Positions 36,173 to 50,470 of a DNA stretch of 64,000 nt are shown here, piece by piece. The DNA comes from Raillietiella orientalis. Its lineage: Eukaryota. Where the stretch lies: positions 1,178,001 to 1,242,000 of the forward strand of contig JAYWIR010000020.1 of assembly GCA_036172245.1 (NCBI GenBank). Direction: 5' to 3'. Both the position numbers and the translations under genes were made by a program. Each line of letters starts with the position of its first letter. Position 1 is the stretch's first letter. The notes beneath the pieces are model-generated. The model saw only the letters and a list, made by a program, of their open reading frames with translations. It did not search any database and was not told the origin of the DNA.

Positions 36173-39100
36173 GAAAATTACCTCGTTTTCACTGTAAGTG
36201 ACATGACGCTGAAGACTGGGTTCCATCTTCGACGATACAGGAATGACTCTTTGGAAACTTACGTGTTTGCACAGAGGGAAAAACAAAAGCTGCTTTTCTG
36301 TGTATGAGGGTACCTGAAAAAGTGGCAATTAGGCGAATTAAATTCTAGTTTCCGATTCACTTGCATTTTAATAATTCTTTCGTATCCATGGGCGATGAGA
36401 CACAACCGACGGAAATTCTCACAGCAGAGAACTCACCTGGTTGTCGTATGGGGAAAAGAGTAAGAGAAAGATTGGTTTTTGAGCAAGCAAAATGCGGGAT
36501 GAGCGGAAATTGCTCAGCTTCCATCGTATAGAGCCATTTCAGATATCTCTTCCCTTTTTTTCTTCTTCTTCTCAATAATCGACTCTTTGAAGCACAGACC
36601 AATGGCAGCAAACGTATTTTCATGGTGCCTTCCGAACTTCTACAAGTCAAAGAACTCTGGAAACTTCTCCCCCTGAAGATCTGAATGCTAAAAATGTGAC
36701 TAACTCATGCTTACTCATTGTCTACATGGACCATGTCGGTAATGGATGTCGGTCATCGCATCATATCTTATTCTTACCATCAGTCTTGTTCCTGACTGTC
36801 TGAATGCGTCCCTCTCTCAAGTAGATCCAACAGTCAACTCACTTGCATAAAAAAAAAAATGCTTCTTGGAAATTTCCAGTGACGAAGTACTTCAATAATC
36901 AGAGCTCCAGGAGGGAAAGCCCGAAGTTTTACAGGAGCGTTAACTTTATCATGAGGCGCCTTGGAATGTACGGAACAGTACGCTGCATAACATCCATTGT
37001 TTTTACTTGGCAGTGTTTGCCTCCGCTGCTGCTTTATATTAATTCCAGCCCTATAGAGTGGGGGTACGTGTCTTTGTTTCTGATGTTGATTCCTTCTAAC
37101 AGAATTATCCCTTGGCTGGAAGATCTGTAATGTATTTGTGCAGTACAAAATAATTCAAGTCAAGGACTTCAGCGAGAGAACAGCTCGAGTTTCGTGCAGC
37201 TGCATTGCACGTGAAGAGACTGAAAAATACGTACACCCGAATTCCTCCCTGCACTCGGGTAGGCAGGCATTCGTTTTCTGATTCATTCGTCCGTTGTTTC
37301 AGACAGAAAACCCAAAAAAATTGTGGAAAAAAAGGAAAAAACAAATGCGGTTACGGTTATACTTTGATTTTGAGAACTGGATCTACGTGGGAATAGAAAA
37401 ATCATGCTTGATTTCGGGCACCCAAACGCCACGGTACAATGAGACCTAGAATGCCTCGAGGAGGAAGCTGAAACCAACGCGTTACTTGGGGGACACTGAT
37501 AAAATTACTTCCGCCATGGATGTTTCTCGAGTTCTGTTGTGCTAAGAGTGACACAGCAGGTTGTTCGAGAGCGCGGATCTTTGAGCGTTACTATAAGGAG
37601 AAAGGGTTGCGCTCGGGAAAGTCGAATTCTTAACATTTCTTGTCTCAGTTAGAAGAGTCTTTGGTTTAACGCATGATCATCTTATTCCTACCAAAATGCA
37701 ATGTGAAGGCTTTCAGCTCGTAGAAGTTTTTAATCTCACAATTGCTCAATGGCTCCTACCATCCCACGCAGGAAAAAAAAAACGCACTGAATTCATCAGC
37801 ACGTGGCTAATTCCTCTGAAACGAAAGTTGCTCGAAAGAAATGAGATAGCTCAGAAGTTTTCTTCTTTTTTGTCTCCGGGAAATTCGACTGCTTTGTTTC
37901 AAAACACGTGAAAAGAAGAAAAAAAAAAAAATAATAATCACAATGACCATGATTGATGTCACAATCACAATAATCATGGATCCGTCACACCCACTGCTTT
38001 CCTGAAGATATGATGGATGTTCCGGAAGCTTAGAGACTAACCTTGTTTGAAAACCAGCCACCAGCTTCGACGCTATGAAAATTCAATTGAACATTTTTCA
38101 ACGTCTTCTGCACTCTTCTTTCCTATTGGCTTCCTTGAAAGACACCCATGCGCTTCGAGGAGCAGGACGAATGTTGAGCTGCTTTTCAGAGTTCGAGAGA
38201 TTCCGTCTCCATCCCACATTTCAGAGGCTTACTCTGTTCTCGAAAGGCATTTCCAGGCGGCTGTGTTTTAGTTACACAAAGGGGTGAGGAAGTGCTCAGA
38301 TCAAATTCACGGAAGATTCGAAAGAACTTTGCGAACAGCCCAAGCTGAGCAGGAAGGGGAAGGATAATGCTCAGTTGATATTATTAGTTCCAACTGATCG
38401 CCCACAGTGGGCATGGAACGAATTTCCTGGTTCGTGTCTCCCGGGCTTCATTAGCACTGACTCCATCTTCCGCTCATATCATGCTTGCCATGGAATGTAC
38501 TCAGCTTTCTTCCTTTTTCCGCTTTCTAAACTGGACTTCTGAATTATCTGTCTCTACTTTAAGAGTCGTCTTGGCTTTTCCAAGAGTTTTCTCGAGCCCA
38601 TTAGTGATGAAGCGTGTCTCAGCTCTTCTGGAAACATAGGCGCACCTGAATGTTGCAAATTTCCACCTATATGCATCCTACGTCACACTTAGAAGTGCAT
38701 TTTTCTGTCTTCAAAACCTCGTCTTCTCCGGGGACTATTTAGAAAAAGAATCTGGTTGAGATGATGGGAGACCATTCCACCTTGGCGTCTTGTCATCAGG
38801 AGAATTTCATAATTCGGCAAGGCAAGCATCTTGGATGTGCTCTTTGAAAATTGTCTCTCCACTGCAAGAACTTCTGGCGGAATCCCAAAATTCGCGGAGG
38901 AACCAGCGATGGAAAGGATACTTAGTGTGGCGCTAGCATCCTCAACACTGTTTCTTCATTTGCTTCCATGAGATAGAGAACAGACCTGACAACTCAATGG
39001 AAAAAGACACTCATTCAGGTCCACTGAAGTGAGCAACACCAGATCCTCGTGTTCTCAGGCAGGGCTTCGCTTCTGCAAAGCTGGGTGTCGCAGTTTGCTG

Positions 39101-42100
39101 TGTGTCGAAAGATCTTCCATCTTTCGTTTCTTCGAACTTACGGACCACCAAGTTTGCAGAAATAATATTTTTGCTTGCAAAAAATACATACTTTCATTTT
39201 AATCCTATACTTCCGAAATCACGAAGTGATGGTGGCCGCCATAGAGAGTTCGCAGTGAACAAGAAGCAAACAGCCACAGAAAAGGAGTTGGTTAAAATCG
39301 ATTTTTCCGCGTCCTTGGAATGTTATCTTATTGAGAAAGAATGAAAAAAAAAACAGACCGGAAATGGAACACACAAAAATACTGGATGCAAAAAAAATAA
39401 CGAAAACGGGTATTAGTTCTCACAGAACGGGTGAAGAGGCTTATGAGTCTCGGAATCTTCTGCGACGACCGCTTTCTGAGCACAGATGCTTCACAAGCCA
39501 TTTTAATCAAATGGATGCTCAAAAGCGTCATCCAAATTGTGAATAAATGAAACCCCTGCACAATCTCGGGCAAGGTATTATCATCATCATTTTCAATTTA
39601 TTATTGTAGTCTGGAATCCTTTGGTGAGGTATGGAGGCTGCATCGGAGCCGTGTGCATTATTAAAAGCATCTATGTGAAGCATAGGGACATAGTGCCCTC
39701 AGTCACGCCACTGAAGAGATTCCATGATGATAGATTAATTTAAAAAAAAAATAAAAATACGCCATGCTTTCCCTTCAGAATAGATGTGTATTCTCATGTT
39801 CACACATCGAAAATCTGATCGCTTTTTCTTGGGAACGTCATTTCACGGTTGACTGGAAATAATCGATGTGCGATGGAATCCTCTTGAAGACGACGTTCTC
39901 ACATGATGCCTCTCTTCTATCTGAAGGTGAGTCTTCCAATGGTTTGTGATGAGGACCGAAGTCGCTGCAAAGTCGATGATGAATGCGTGCAACATTCACT
40001 CCAATTTTTTAACCGGCAAAGTCGTTTTTCCATCTAACAAGAGAATGCGTTCTCATCAGCTTCCTACGCTGAAAGAATTTTCAAGCATGCAAGCACAACT
40101 GCACGCTGTGTTTTCCAGAAAAAGTAGTGCATAGAATCAGCAATGTGGTTGAAACCCTACGAAAAGAATTCATCTTTTGGGAGACGTTTTTTGGTTGCCG
40201 CCAACACCCACTGGAACTACCCTGAACTGCAAAATCGACCTACATCGTGGTCAATCTTACTGCACAAATTTAGCGCATTGCTTGACGAGCCTGATGACCA
40301 AGTGATGATTTTCCTGGATCCTCGTCATCCTTCATCATCAGATTTCCGCTCTGATGTAGTACGTGATTTTTAGTAGCTCATGTCTTTTCAGCAGGGATGG
40401 GTTATACGCGACCACGGAATGTAAACGCACTGGGAGAACACACAATCATTTAGAATTTACGTCGAAGAATGGCGCTTTCACTGAAGAGCGCCGCTGTGAA
40501 AATTGAAGATGAGGTTTCCTAAGCATTGTGACTTTCAAAGTTCCATTCCTTAGGTGTGAATGCCTCATAAGAACTACTGCTGCCTTCAACCTCGAAGCTT
40601 AAATCCAGCATTTCACCTTCCTAAAGACTTCCAGCTGACTCTCCGCACCGTATCGATGAGCCGCTGAGTGAAATTTTTGCAAGTGGTGGATTATTTTGAA
40701 AATCCTTCTATTGAACTGCCAAAGTCCTCGAACGCTCTTACACACCGCCTCCCAGTTTCGACGACGAGAGTGGAGTTTGCTGCATCCTTGAGATCGTTCT
40801 TCCGAACTATGGAGAACCCTTCTTTCTCTCACCTTTTTCGGCAAACTGCGATTGCTTATCAGCATCTTATAGATAATAATTAGTAATAGTATTTAATCAA
40901 TAATTTCCGATGCTCAATCAGGACTACACAATGTATTGTTAATATATAAATTCCACGTGCAATAAAATCATTTCTCTCCCATTTTCCGCGAGCGAATCCT
41001 GAAAATTTTTCGCTTGTATCCTCCAGAGTCCTCTGGAGATATGCCTTCCCTTTTGAGATTTCGATTCCATGGTCCAATCAAGATTTCGCTGTTTGGGATT
41101 TGATAATTTTGCCTGGAAAGCTCTTTTCATCCGGAAGTTTGCAGTGAACTGCGGTGGAAGTCCTCGGAGGATTCTTGAAAGGAAGCAGATATGGAAACCC
41201 ACACACAAAATGCATTCAGTTCAATCCAATCACATAATTGCTCCATCAGATTAACAAGCAAATCTCACTTATTAGCATCCGCTGGAGAGAACGTTTTTGA
41301 TCTGAATGGATCAGTGTCACTGGAAACCGGATTTCGAGGTAGTTCTGTGAGGCTGAAATGCAGATGAAGTGCTTTATCATTTCCAACAGAAACCTCACTT
41401 CTCCGCATTGGCGGATGAGTCACGCTGTAACATAGATGAATCTGATTCTTGATGAAGGTCACGGAAGAAAAGTGATGTTCTATGCATTTAGTCTTAATTT
41501 CATTCCCAGATGCAGATTGCGAGCAGATTCCATGGCATGCTGAAAACCCCCCTTCTCATCATTTTACCACCAGCATGATCGAAAGTTACAGAAAGCTCGG
41601 AAGATTCGAAACCCTCCAAGTGCAGCACGTTGCGCATTATACTTCAAACTGATAGGCATTTGCTTACGGAGATTTATAGGGAAGGAATAGGCAGAGGATG
41701 CAAAGGTCACGTTGACCAACTATCTCTTCCAAGGAGCACTACAACCAACTTCCAACCTGTTCATGAGCAATCATGGAAAACTCGAGATTAAAGCATATGT
41801 GGAACGAATGAGCTTTCCCGGGCATCCTCCTCACGGAGACGATGAGAGGAGCCGTGTAATGACCAGCCGCTTCTGAAACACCAGATCGAATTCATTAATG
41901 AAATACAACCGTTTCTGGAGCAACACAGGCAATTTCATGGAAGAGTTGGCATGTGAAATTCCATATCCACGATTGCTATCGTTATCTCCTTAAGCAAGTC
42001 TGCGCTTTCAATATTTAAATTCGTCTCATGAAGAACGGTCAAGTGCTTTTATAAGCTAGAGTTCCGATCTTGCTCTGGGTTTTCCTTGGTCCACTTATGG

Positions 42101-45100
42101 CATTTGTGTAATTTCTAAATTGCCAATTCGGAAGGTGAATTATAAAACAAAATAAGGCATTTAGGCATCGGAACGCGAGCTGTTTAGGGCGGCAAGTTGT
42201 CGGTTCGCACTCGGATGAAAGCAGTTGGAAATGTCTCTTCAGCTTTTGTGTTCTTTCAAGTGTTCTTTCGTCAATGCAGCAGCTCCTCGCTCTCTTCCTT
42301 GTGGGAAGAAAACGCATTTCTGCTGCCACCTCTGCTCCCGAAGAAGTAACGCTGGGACACGCGATTTAAGGGTTGCGGAGAGGCAGAGCGCTCTGCTCGC
42401 GAAGGACCATCGACTTTTCCCTTCTTTCCAGACTCTGCTGATAAATGAAGCACGAAAATCTCCCGTGTTGACCTTCCTAGTAAGTGAACTGAAGGTATTT
42501 GTTTGCTTCCCCCATGATGCTCGATTCTTATCTGTCCAATATTTTCCTGGAATATTTCCTTGTCTGCAAGTTGAGCTGTCTTGGCTGATTTCTAATTGCA
42601 AATTGATGATTTGAGAAGCCATTGATTATCGCACTCTGAAGGAGCCTCTTGGATTTAATCTTCGCCAATGAATAAAAGGCATCCCGAGAATAAATGAGGC
42701 GCTCGAAGATTCTAGGTTGCTGATTTTTTATTTTTTTTTCTTCAGGTGATCGCTTTCGAAAAAAAAATCCCCGATGCCATTCTTAGGTCACTGTTTTTAT
42801 GCTCACTCATGTCCGAGGAGATGAAGGATGATTTGCACTTTCATGAAGCATTGAGAACTTGAGAATGCTCCCTCGAAGTTCTTGACACTGAATCGGCAGC
42901 AGTGTACCAAGAACTTTTACTGCCACTGAGGTTTGCTGGAACAGCAGCACAAGTAGCCGTCAGTAAAGTTCTGCTTCCATCTTCACAACGTGCAATCACA
43001 GAGCATTGTGACGGGATTGCGGAGATGCTTTTGAATCATCACAAAAATCACGCGGATGTGTCAAACAGATTCTTCGATATTTTGTTGATTCCCTTGTTAG
43101 CAGTGAAGTGTTTTCATTTTACGTGTGCAAGGAAGCAATTTATCCGTAGTTACGGAGCAGCCAACCGGCTGCGGCATACCTCGTGTTTGGTTTTCTTCTG
43201 CTGAAACATGGGAGAAATTTTTCCTCAGTGATTTATGGCGCCTCACTTGAGAATCGAATGACGTGAAGCAATCCATACGGAACACACAAGGTGATGAGCA
43301 CCGTTAGCTCGCATCCACTCCGGGAGACTTTTCCACCGAGCCATCGCAAGTGTTTATAATTTCTCTGCATCTCAAGTACACAACATGCTTGAAATTTTTC
43401 ATGAACCATTCGTGAACCTTGAGGACACTGCCCCGTTTGGTTGGCACTTCTGCAAGAGCAGCCTAGCATCCTACACAGTGCTTAAATTAAAATTCGCTAC
43501 CCCAGAACGATGCTGCTGAAGCATCATCTCTTCACAGAGGAAAGGGACTTGCTCACGGAATGAGAAAGCGACAAGGCATCTTCAATGAAATATTTTCTTC
43601 GGGCTCGCGGCAGTTCGCGGGACAAGGAATTCGATCCTTGATCCTTGTTACGGAGATCAGCTCGTGGGGTGGACCTCAGAAAAGCTCACATTGCACTCGA
43701 AAGGGGCTTTAGCAGCAGCAGCCCGTTGTGACCGCGGCAGCGACTGGAGTCAAAACATAAGAGGAATAGGCAGGAATCTTTACGCGAATCCGCAGCAAGC
43801 ACTGGTTCGCCGGAGGCAAGCGTCTTGCGCTGGGGAGTGGGTTTCAAAATTTCCAAGTGCACAAGAGTGTGTGCAAGAGGTAAAATATCAACTGCGTTTC
43901 ATCGGGTTCTGCTCGATTTGAAGGATTAATTTTCAAACTGCCCAACGTGCAGCGATTGGCGGCTGAGAAAGGGAAGTATCACCACGAAATGTGAATTGGA
44001 GCATCACCATCCAAACATTGAGAAGCGAAGGATTCTTGGCTTCCAGCAATCAGTGATGTCTTCACAGATGGGAGACCGATGTGGGAGGGACCAAATTTCT
44101 CCTTATCCATCATTCGATAACTTTCGAACTAAAAAGGCTTCTCCTCTCTGGAAATTCAAATCAGTTTTTGTTTCATTGCTCGGAATTTGCAAATACTCAG
44201 AGCTTCTATGATCATGCAGTTGAAGTACATCTATTTTGGATCCCACAGGTTCCATTGGTTTAATCTCTCCTAATACGTTGCCTGTGATTAAATTTCAGAT
44301 AGCAGGCTTTCCCAATTATGTATACAAATGCAGCGTTTGGTGAACTTAATTTTCATTCCATCGATTTTCCATGATTGGCTTCACGCTGTCGAGAAGAAAT
44401 TTCATTTCTCAAATCGTCAAACTGATCATTTCATAGATCGGTTTCAATTTGATATCTATAATTTCCAAATCAGGCGCGACTATAATTTCGTTCCTTTTCA
44501 ACAACTTGGGCATGTAGTGTTCTTTTTATGCTTCTCACGTATCTAATGAAAAATGACGTCATTTGGAAAATTTTGTAATCAAACTCAAAACCAAAATTCA
44601 CATTGCTATTCAACGCTTTTTCCAGAACTAATTAGATAGGAACCAAGAAAATGAACTTTGGGATCAGAAGAAATTTCTCTCATCGGAGCAGATAGGGAAG
44701 TGATAAAAGACAAGATGGACATGGCATACAGAAACCATGGAAACCATTAAGGGATTTTATCATTTGTGATTTCTGTTGTAATTTTGGATGGCTATACATT
44801 GAAATGATTAGCAAAAAAATCCATTCTTGAACTTTCAGAGCACGTATCAGTTATCGAATCTTTAACTTTCGCATAAATACAGATTTCCATTAAATATAAA
44901 ACACAGGTGCCCATTTCAATCAGTTCAGGGAATTTTTGGTTTCATCATGATGACATGAACTTGACGCTACTCACTATACACTGATTATTTGGTGTTGCTG
45001 TGATTCTGTATGTAATTCTCGAAGTGAGTATGCGAACTATATAATGGTGACCTACATGCCAATCGTCCATACTTTGGCGCATAGTGGTGACACTCATTCG

Positions 45101-48100
45101 CAAGGTCATTTCATACCATTTCAAGTATACTTTGGAAAACAAAGAATTTCTAAGCAAAAACTCTGTTGAGGATTAAAGCATTAAGAATTCTGAAGCACAG
45201 TGTGGCAAAGATGAAGCTGGTGAGGGGCAAAAGGATCCAAAAGAGTAGCTTTCTCTCCTTGACTTGTAACACACACATTCTTCATGAGAGAAGAATAATA
45301 CAAGAAAACATTAGATAACATAAGAATGCAATTTCTTCTCAAGAAAAGTGTTTTGATGGAATAGGATTAGTTCAGTTGCTTCCATTGGCAGATGTATTTG
45401 CTAATGAAGGCATCATCTTATTCATCCCTAAATTATAAACTCTCTTTCTATTATTGTATTGAGTGAAACTCTCATGTGCTCATTGAAGACACTTATATTT
45501 CCTTAAGGGTGTAGCTCTTTTATTTTCGAATCTTTGCTAACCCTTTTGCCTCCTATAATATACGGCACTTTGTAAGATAAGTACTTCAGAAGAATGCTTC
45601 ATATTATTCTTTTATCCAGGATGTGTTGTTTAAATTCTGTTGAACATTCCTCCTTCGAAGACTTCCCCCAAGAAACATCACTACCAAGCCTCATCTAGGT
45701 AGCCGAACCAGTAGCATCGAGAGGGTGCATACATTCCATTCTCTAAAGATGGAGTCCACAAATCATTAATGGAATCCAGAATTTATTTCAAGCAACTTCG
45801 TTCCATTGGTTCTTGAAATGCTGTTACTAAAAGCCCTGCAAGTGAATTTGCAAAGCTCCCTTTTTGTAGAATTGCCCTCTCTGATAGAAAATTGTTTCGT
45901 AAGCTGCAATATTATCATATGCTTGAGGTAAGTGAGTCTTTGACCATTTCAAGGCTATTTAAGAAGAAGCATAGGAAAATTCACTCCCTAGAAGTTCACT
46001 TGCTATGAATGCGGCAACGAAGAGCACGGCCACGCAAGGGATGCTTAGCAAAAATGCACACTTTATTTGGTCAGCTTTCATCTGCAGAAGCTGTAAAGCA
46101 AATTTCAGAGAGTTAGAAAGCAGGGCACCTTCCATCACACTGTTGTCCTTCCTCGTGGGACACCACAAGGATGTGCTTGCATAGCTTTGGCATTGATCAC
46201 AGCTTGTAGCACCAATCATCAGAAGCACTTTGATGATTGGCGATCACTCACTTGGGCACGATTATTTAGTTTAGGGTATTTATTTATGTGTCATCACAGC
46301 AGCCGGGATATTTTCCTCGACACGCTCTTTGCTCTAAAAATTCAAGCAAATGCAGGTCTAGCAATTTGAAGAGGATCAACCACCTTATGAATTAAGTTTC
46401 ATTCCTTTCTTGTAAAGCGTGCAGGACATCGATGCTTTTTCGCACTTCAGCTATTTGCGATGGATATATTTCTTTCCAATTTCATCTGCGTTTCGGCTTT
46501 TTCACGTCACTCTTTTCTTCTCATCACCTAACCATGGTGAGGCTATTAGAACGGTCGCATGTGGTCAAGTGTTTCCCTTGTTTTCCTGATGTGCAAAATC
46601 GGCATTAAGGAAACAAAATGAAACAGTGAATTGACAATTCAAAATTTCTATTCCCAATTTAAATTTATGAATAGAAACATGAAGTTGATTTCCTCGCCCT
46701 GACATCTGTAGATCTTTCGTGTCGATTCTGTTGGAGAGTGAGCAAAAGGAAAAAACAGAAGTTTTCCAAAAAAGGGAAAACTAGAGAAACAAAACTGACT
46801 TTTCTCTGAAGCCGAGGGAGGAGCAATTAGTGAAATGAAAACTACGTCGTGGTAACTGATTCTTAGGTTTTGTCTCTTTTTTTTTCTCTCTCTCTCCCTC
46901 TCTCTCTCCTTTCAAACCCCATCATGCGAGGGTGGATTGCGCTCATTGGGACAGGAATGCAGCATCAGCAATCACGGACTGTGTTGGTCCCTTCTGGTTT
47001 TCCAGGGACATTCATTCCAGCTTTTCCAAGCCCCCGCGAATGGGAAATTCCTGCAATAACACCCACACATAATCAGCCATCCTGCTTTCTCCAGAAAATC
47101 AGTGCTGACTCCGTGACAATGGCGCACTATACAGATACAGAAGCCTCCAGCTTGGCAGGAAGATTAGCATTCAGCGGCGCGATGTTTAATGGCTCAGACG
47201 ATTCAGAAATCCTCGATTAGAGTCGGGGAAAACTTTTAGACAGGGCTCCAAAATTTCCAAAGCTTCCAAACTTCGTTTCTTTAGTACAATGAAAAGTCTT
47301 ACTTATCGAGAAGAAGGCTGTGATTTTTTCAAAGCTTCATAAAGATAAGGGTTAGGTAGGCAATATTCGCAATGAATGGCAACGCGTTTTTGACAGCCCA
47401 TTTTGGAAAATTCTTCTTTTAATCATCTTTTGTAAGAGAACTACGCAAACATTTTTCCACGGCGAGCTAAGAATCACGGCATTCTAGAATTACAATAGTT
47501 TTAGAATCACAATTAGTTTTCAGGAGATGAGCTTATATGAATGCGATCCCATTGGATACCAAATTCTACGAACGTGACTCCATTAAATTCTCGATTCCCG
47601 TGGAACTCTATACACTCAACAGAGAAATCTAAGGAAGATTCTGTGTCCAATATCACAGAATGTGGAGGCGAAAATAGCTCATATTGATCTTGAGTATCTG
47701 CAAGTGTCGCTCACCCTCCTCTGATCGATTCTATAAAAGGGATCTACTATAAAGAAGATTCAATTAGACAGCACATCACCTGGTTGGTGACTCCATCTGA
47801 GATCTTTAGATCTCAGATGTAAAACAAACTGGATTAGCATTTATCATAAACATACTAAAATTATTTAAAATAACAATTGTCACTTCCGTAGGCAAGAGAG
47901 AAATTTCGTTGCTGGGTATGCAGATCTGTCCTTCCTTCTTCTAACAGATGGAACCTGATATGAGTTGATATTACAAAGACATTGCAAGATTTTCCATACT
48001 GTCTTTAGGTGTTCGTTATTCTAAATCAAAGTCAGCATATTGCCTTAATTGCTTCATTGAATGGAAGAGAGAGGTACTGATGCTGTTTCTTATTTTCGTC

Positions 48101-49347
48101 CTGTATCTTTTGTTTCCAAAGTCTTCTCTTCCGGTTCCATGACTACGCATTCCACTTAGCTCGGATGGTGTCTTCAATATGTTTTGGTGGACATATGGAG
48201 GGAGTACATGCATGGCTTCATTTCAACCCTTTACTTCCGTTGCACAGAACATTTTCCATCATCAGCCACCTCTATTGAAAAGCATACATTTTGCAGAGTC
48301 TCTGAAGACAGAAATCAAAAGGAAATTTTCTTGAGAAAAGGTGCATAAGATGAATTCTCTGCACCATTGAGTGCTCCCTAAATGTCTTGCTTCAGCTTGG
48401 TGCAGTATCACGCTTCATCTACCCAGGAGAGCCCTCATGGAAGACTTCTAGCTTAACTGTTGAAGTAGGAATTACTAAAAAACCAGCAGCTTCTCGGAAA
48501 CACTCGTTTGGAAGGCATTGGGATGGAAATCGTAAGGCATTCCCACTCTCACCTTCGCGTGTTTCCGAGCGATCCTTTGATTCAGAACAAATGTCTTTGA
48601 GATCATAAGAAGAACCGTCTGGTGGTTTCTTGAAGAGAGTTCTTTCCATTTCGTCTTCCCAGTTCCTGTGTGCAAAGAAAAGGTTCTTCTCACGAATCCA
48701 TGTTAATCATGACCCTTATGCAAGTAGTTTGTCGTGGAAATCCTTGAAGAATTTCAAACAAATAACGAATTCAAGATTTAGATGACCTGTATCTATTTCA
48801 TATCCGTATTTGGTATCGAGAGTTTAATGAGGACCTTCTTTCGTTTCCGTAATGCCCTCAGTGCAAATCACTCGAGGGTTGAGGGACTTGTCTTTATTCA
48901 TTTTTACCTTCCATGATGTTTGGTAGATGCAAAAAAACAAAGAAAGGGAACGGAAGTAAAGAGCGAATCCTTTTTCCCTTTATCATCTCTCAGGGATGCA
49001 GGAGAACGATTTGATTCTTTCGAGAGAATCGAAGCGGATGTGGCGGCCAAGAGATCATCGCAGCGTGAGAAGACTGGATTGTCACTGCAGATGGCTAAAC
49101 CACCTCTTCTGAAGACGTCGGAATCTCCTGAGCGTCTACAAAAGAAAAACATGGAACTGCGAAGATCAAGGAGGAGGAAAATGGAGCTCTGTTTCAACGG
49201 GGTCCCTGCCTCCTACAGAGACTTCCACTCTTTTGGAGATTGCGATCAAGGCAAAAAGAGTCTGGGGAGGGCGACTTTTTGATTTTGTTGTATTGAGCAG
49301 ACAAAGGCTCTCACAAACCTATTCCAGAGTGCGTGGCCACGCCCTGA

Positions 49348-49590
49348 ACCCATACGTCCAGACATCCGGTCCACGATGGACCCCATCTCCTTGAGGAAAA
49401 CGGTGACCCTGTCTGCGCAGTACTAGTTGGCAAGGTCCTGCTTTCGTGCATGTGAAAGCTCTCATCGTTGCCGGCACGGTGTGCTGGGGGTTCATCTTCA
49501 GGAACTCCGGCTGCAGGTGCTCCTTAGGGCGGGTTGGCGTGCTTCAGGAACGACGCAGCCAGAGGCACAGGGATCTCGCCTTCATGCCGC
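49348..49590 (-). pseudogene. Glutathione S-transferase (Delta/Epsilon-class-like) N-terminal fragment, disrupted
   Basis: From 49525 the minus strand gives KEHLQPEFLKMNPQHTVP, then after frameshifts NDESFHMHESR, LAN*Y (stop 49425-49423) and IVDRM..MG. This matches the arthropod Delta GST pattern EHLKPEFLK.NPQHT.PTL.D.GF.L.ESRAI..YL..KY...IV.QRLYFDMG. Weaker upstream remnants are MKARSL and LKHAN. It is not in the ORF track. Confidence 0.85.
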
Positions 49591-50029
49591 ACAGCACGAT
49601 CACCGTGGTGACGAAGACAGGGAAGGGAGCAAGACGCTACGAGGGTGGCGAAAGGCAACTCAACGAACGCTCGCACCAATGAACGCTGCAGGCACTCAGC
49701 AACGGACCAGCTCTTGTTACGAGAGAACGGCGACACGCTCACACACGCATGTTCGCGCTGCCCCGACCGCTGACCGACTTGCGGTTACGGCACGGGTGAA
49801 ACTATAAACGACAGCTGATCCAAAAAGAAGTGACCACATTCGTTCTCGCTTCAAAGTGGTTTTCAATTTAATTTTCCATTCCCTCCCCCCCCAAAATGGA
49901 AGTACTGAAAGCAGAAAAATGAACAAACTGCAACTGACGTATTTGTTTTGTAACCGAAGTCTCAGAAAGACATTCTGTAGTCGGTTCGAGTGGATACCTC
50001 TTTCAGCTTTTTTCTCAATAGCCATACCA

Positions 50030-50470
50030 TCCTGAATACAGACGGCGTTGGAGATAGCAAGTGTGGAGCTCCGATCAAGATGAGCAGGGCAGTCTGTTAA
50101 AGCCTTTTGAGTTCATGGCTTCGTTGGAAAAACGCATACTTTCCCAGGGTAATTCTTGGGGCATTGGAAGGATTCGAAAAGAACTATAAGCTGTTCCCGA
50201 CTCTCTCTTATCAAAGCATCTGCGACAGAGAACGAGTTCAAGCAAGAGCAACAGGTCCAGTTTTTGCAATGTCATGGCTTTTGCACCATCCTGGAAACTC
50301 TCCAAGAATCATTCGTGAATAGGAGGACATTTACAGCAACATTCCTGTTAGTTGGCTCATGCAAGAAACCTCAGAGCAGCATGACTGCTTGTGATTTTAG
50401 CCGCTTCTCCGCCATCTTGAGAGCTTACTGTATGGATCTTACAGCGTGGATCAACAACCATCTTTCTACG
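50030..50470 (+). mobile_element. Decayed CR1/L2-like reverse transcriptase fragment (domains 1-3)
   Basis: Plus strand: WKNA..P (50125), NYK...LS...ER (50182), HGF (50274-50282), DFSR (50392), LRAY.M...WINNHLS (~50416-50466). Confidence 0.65.
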
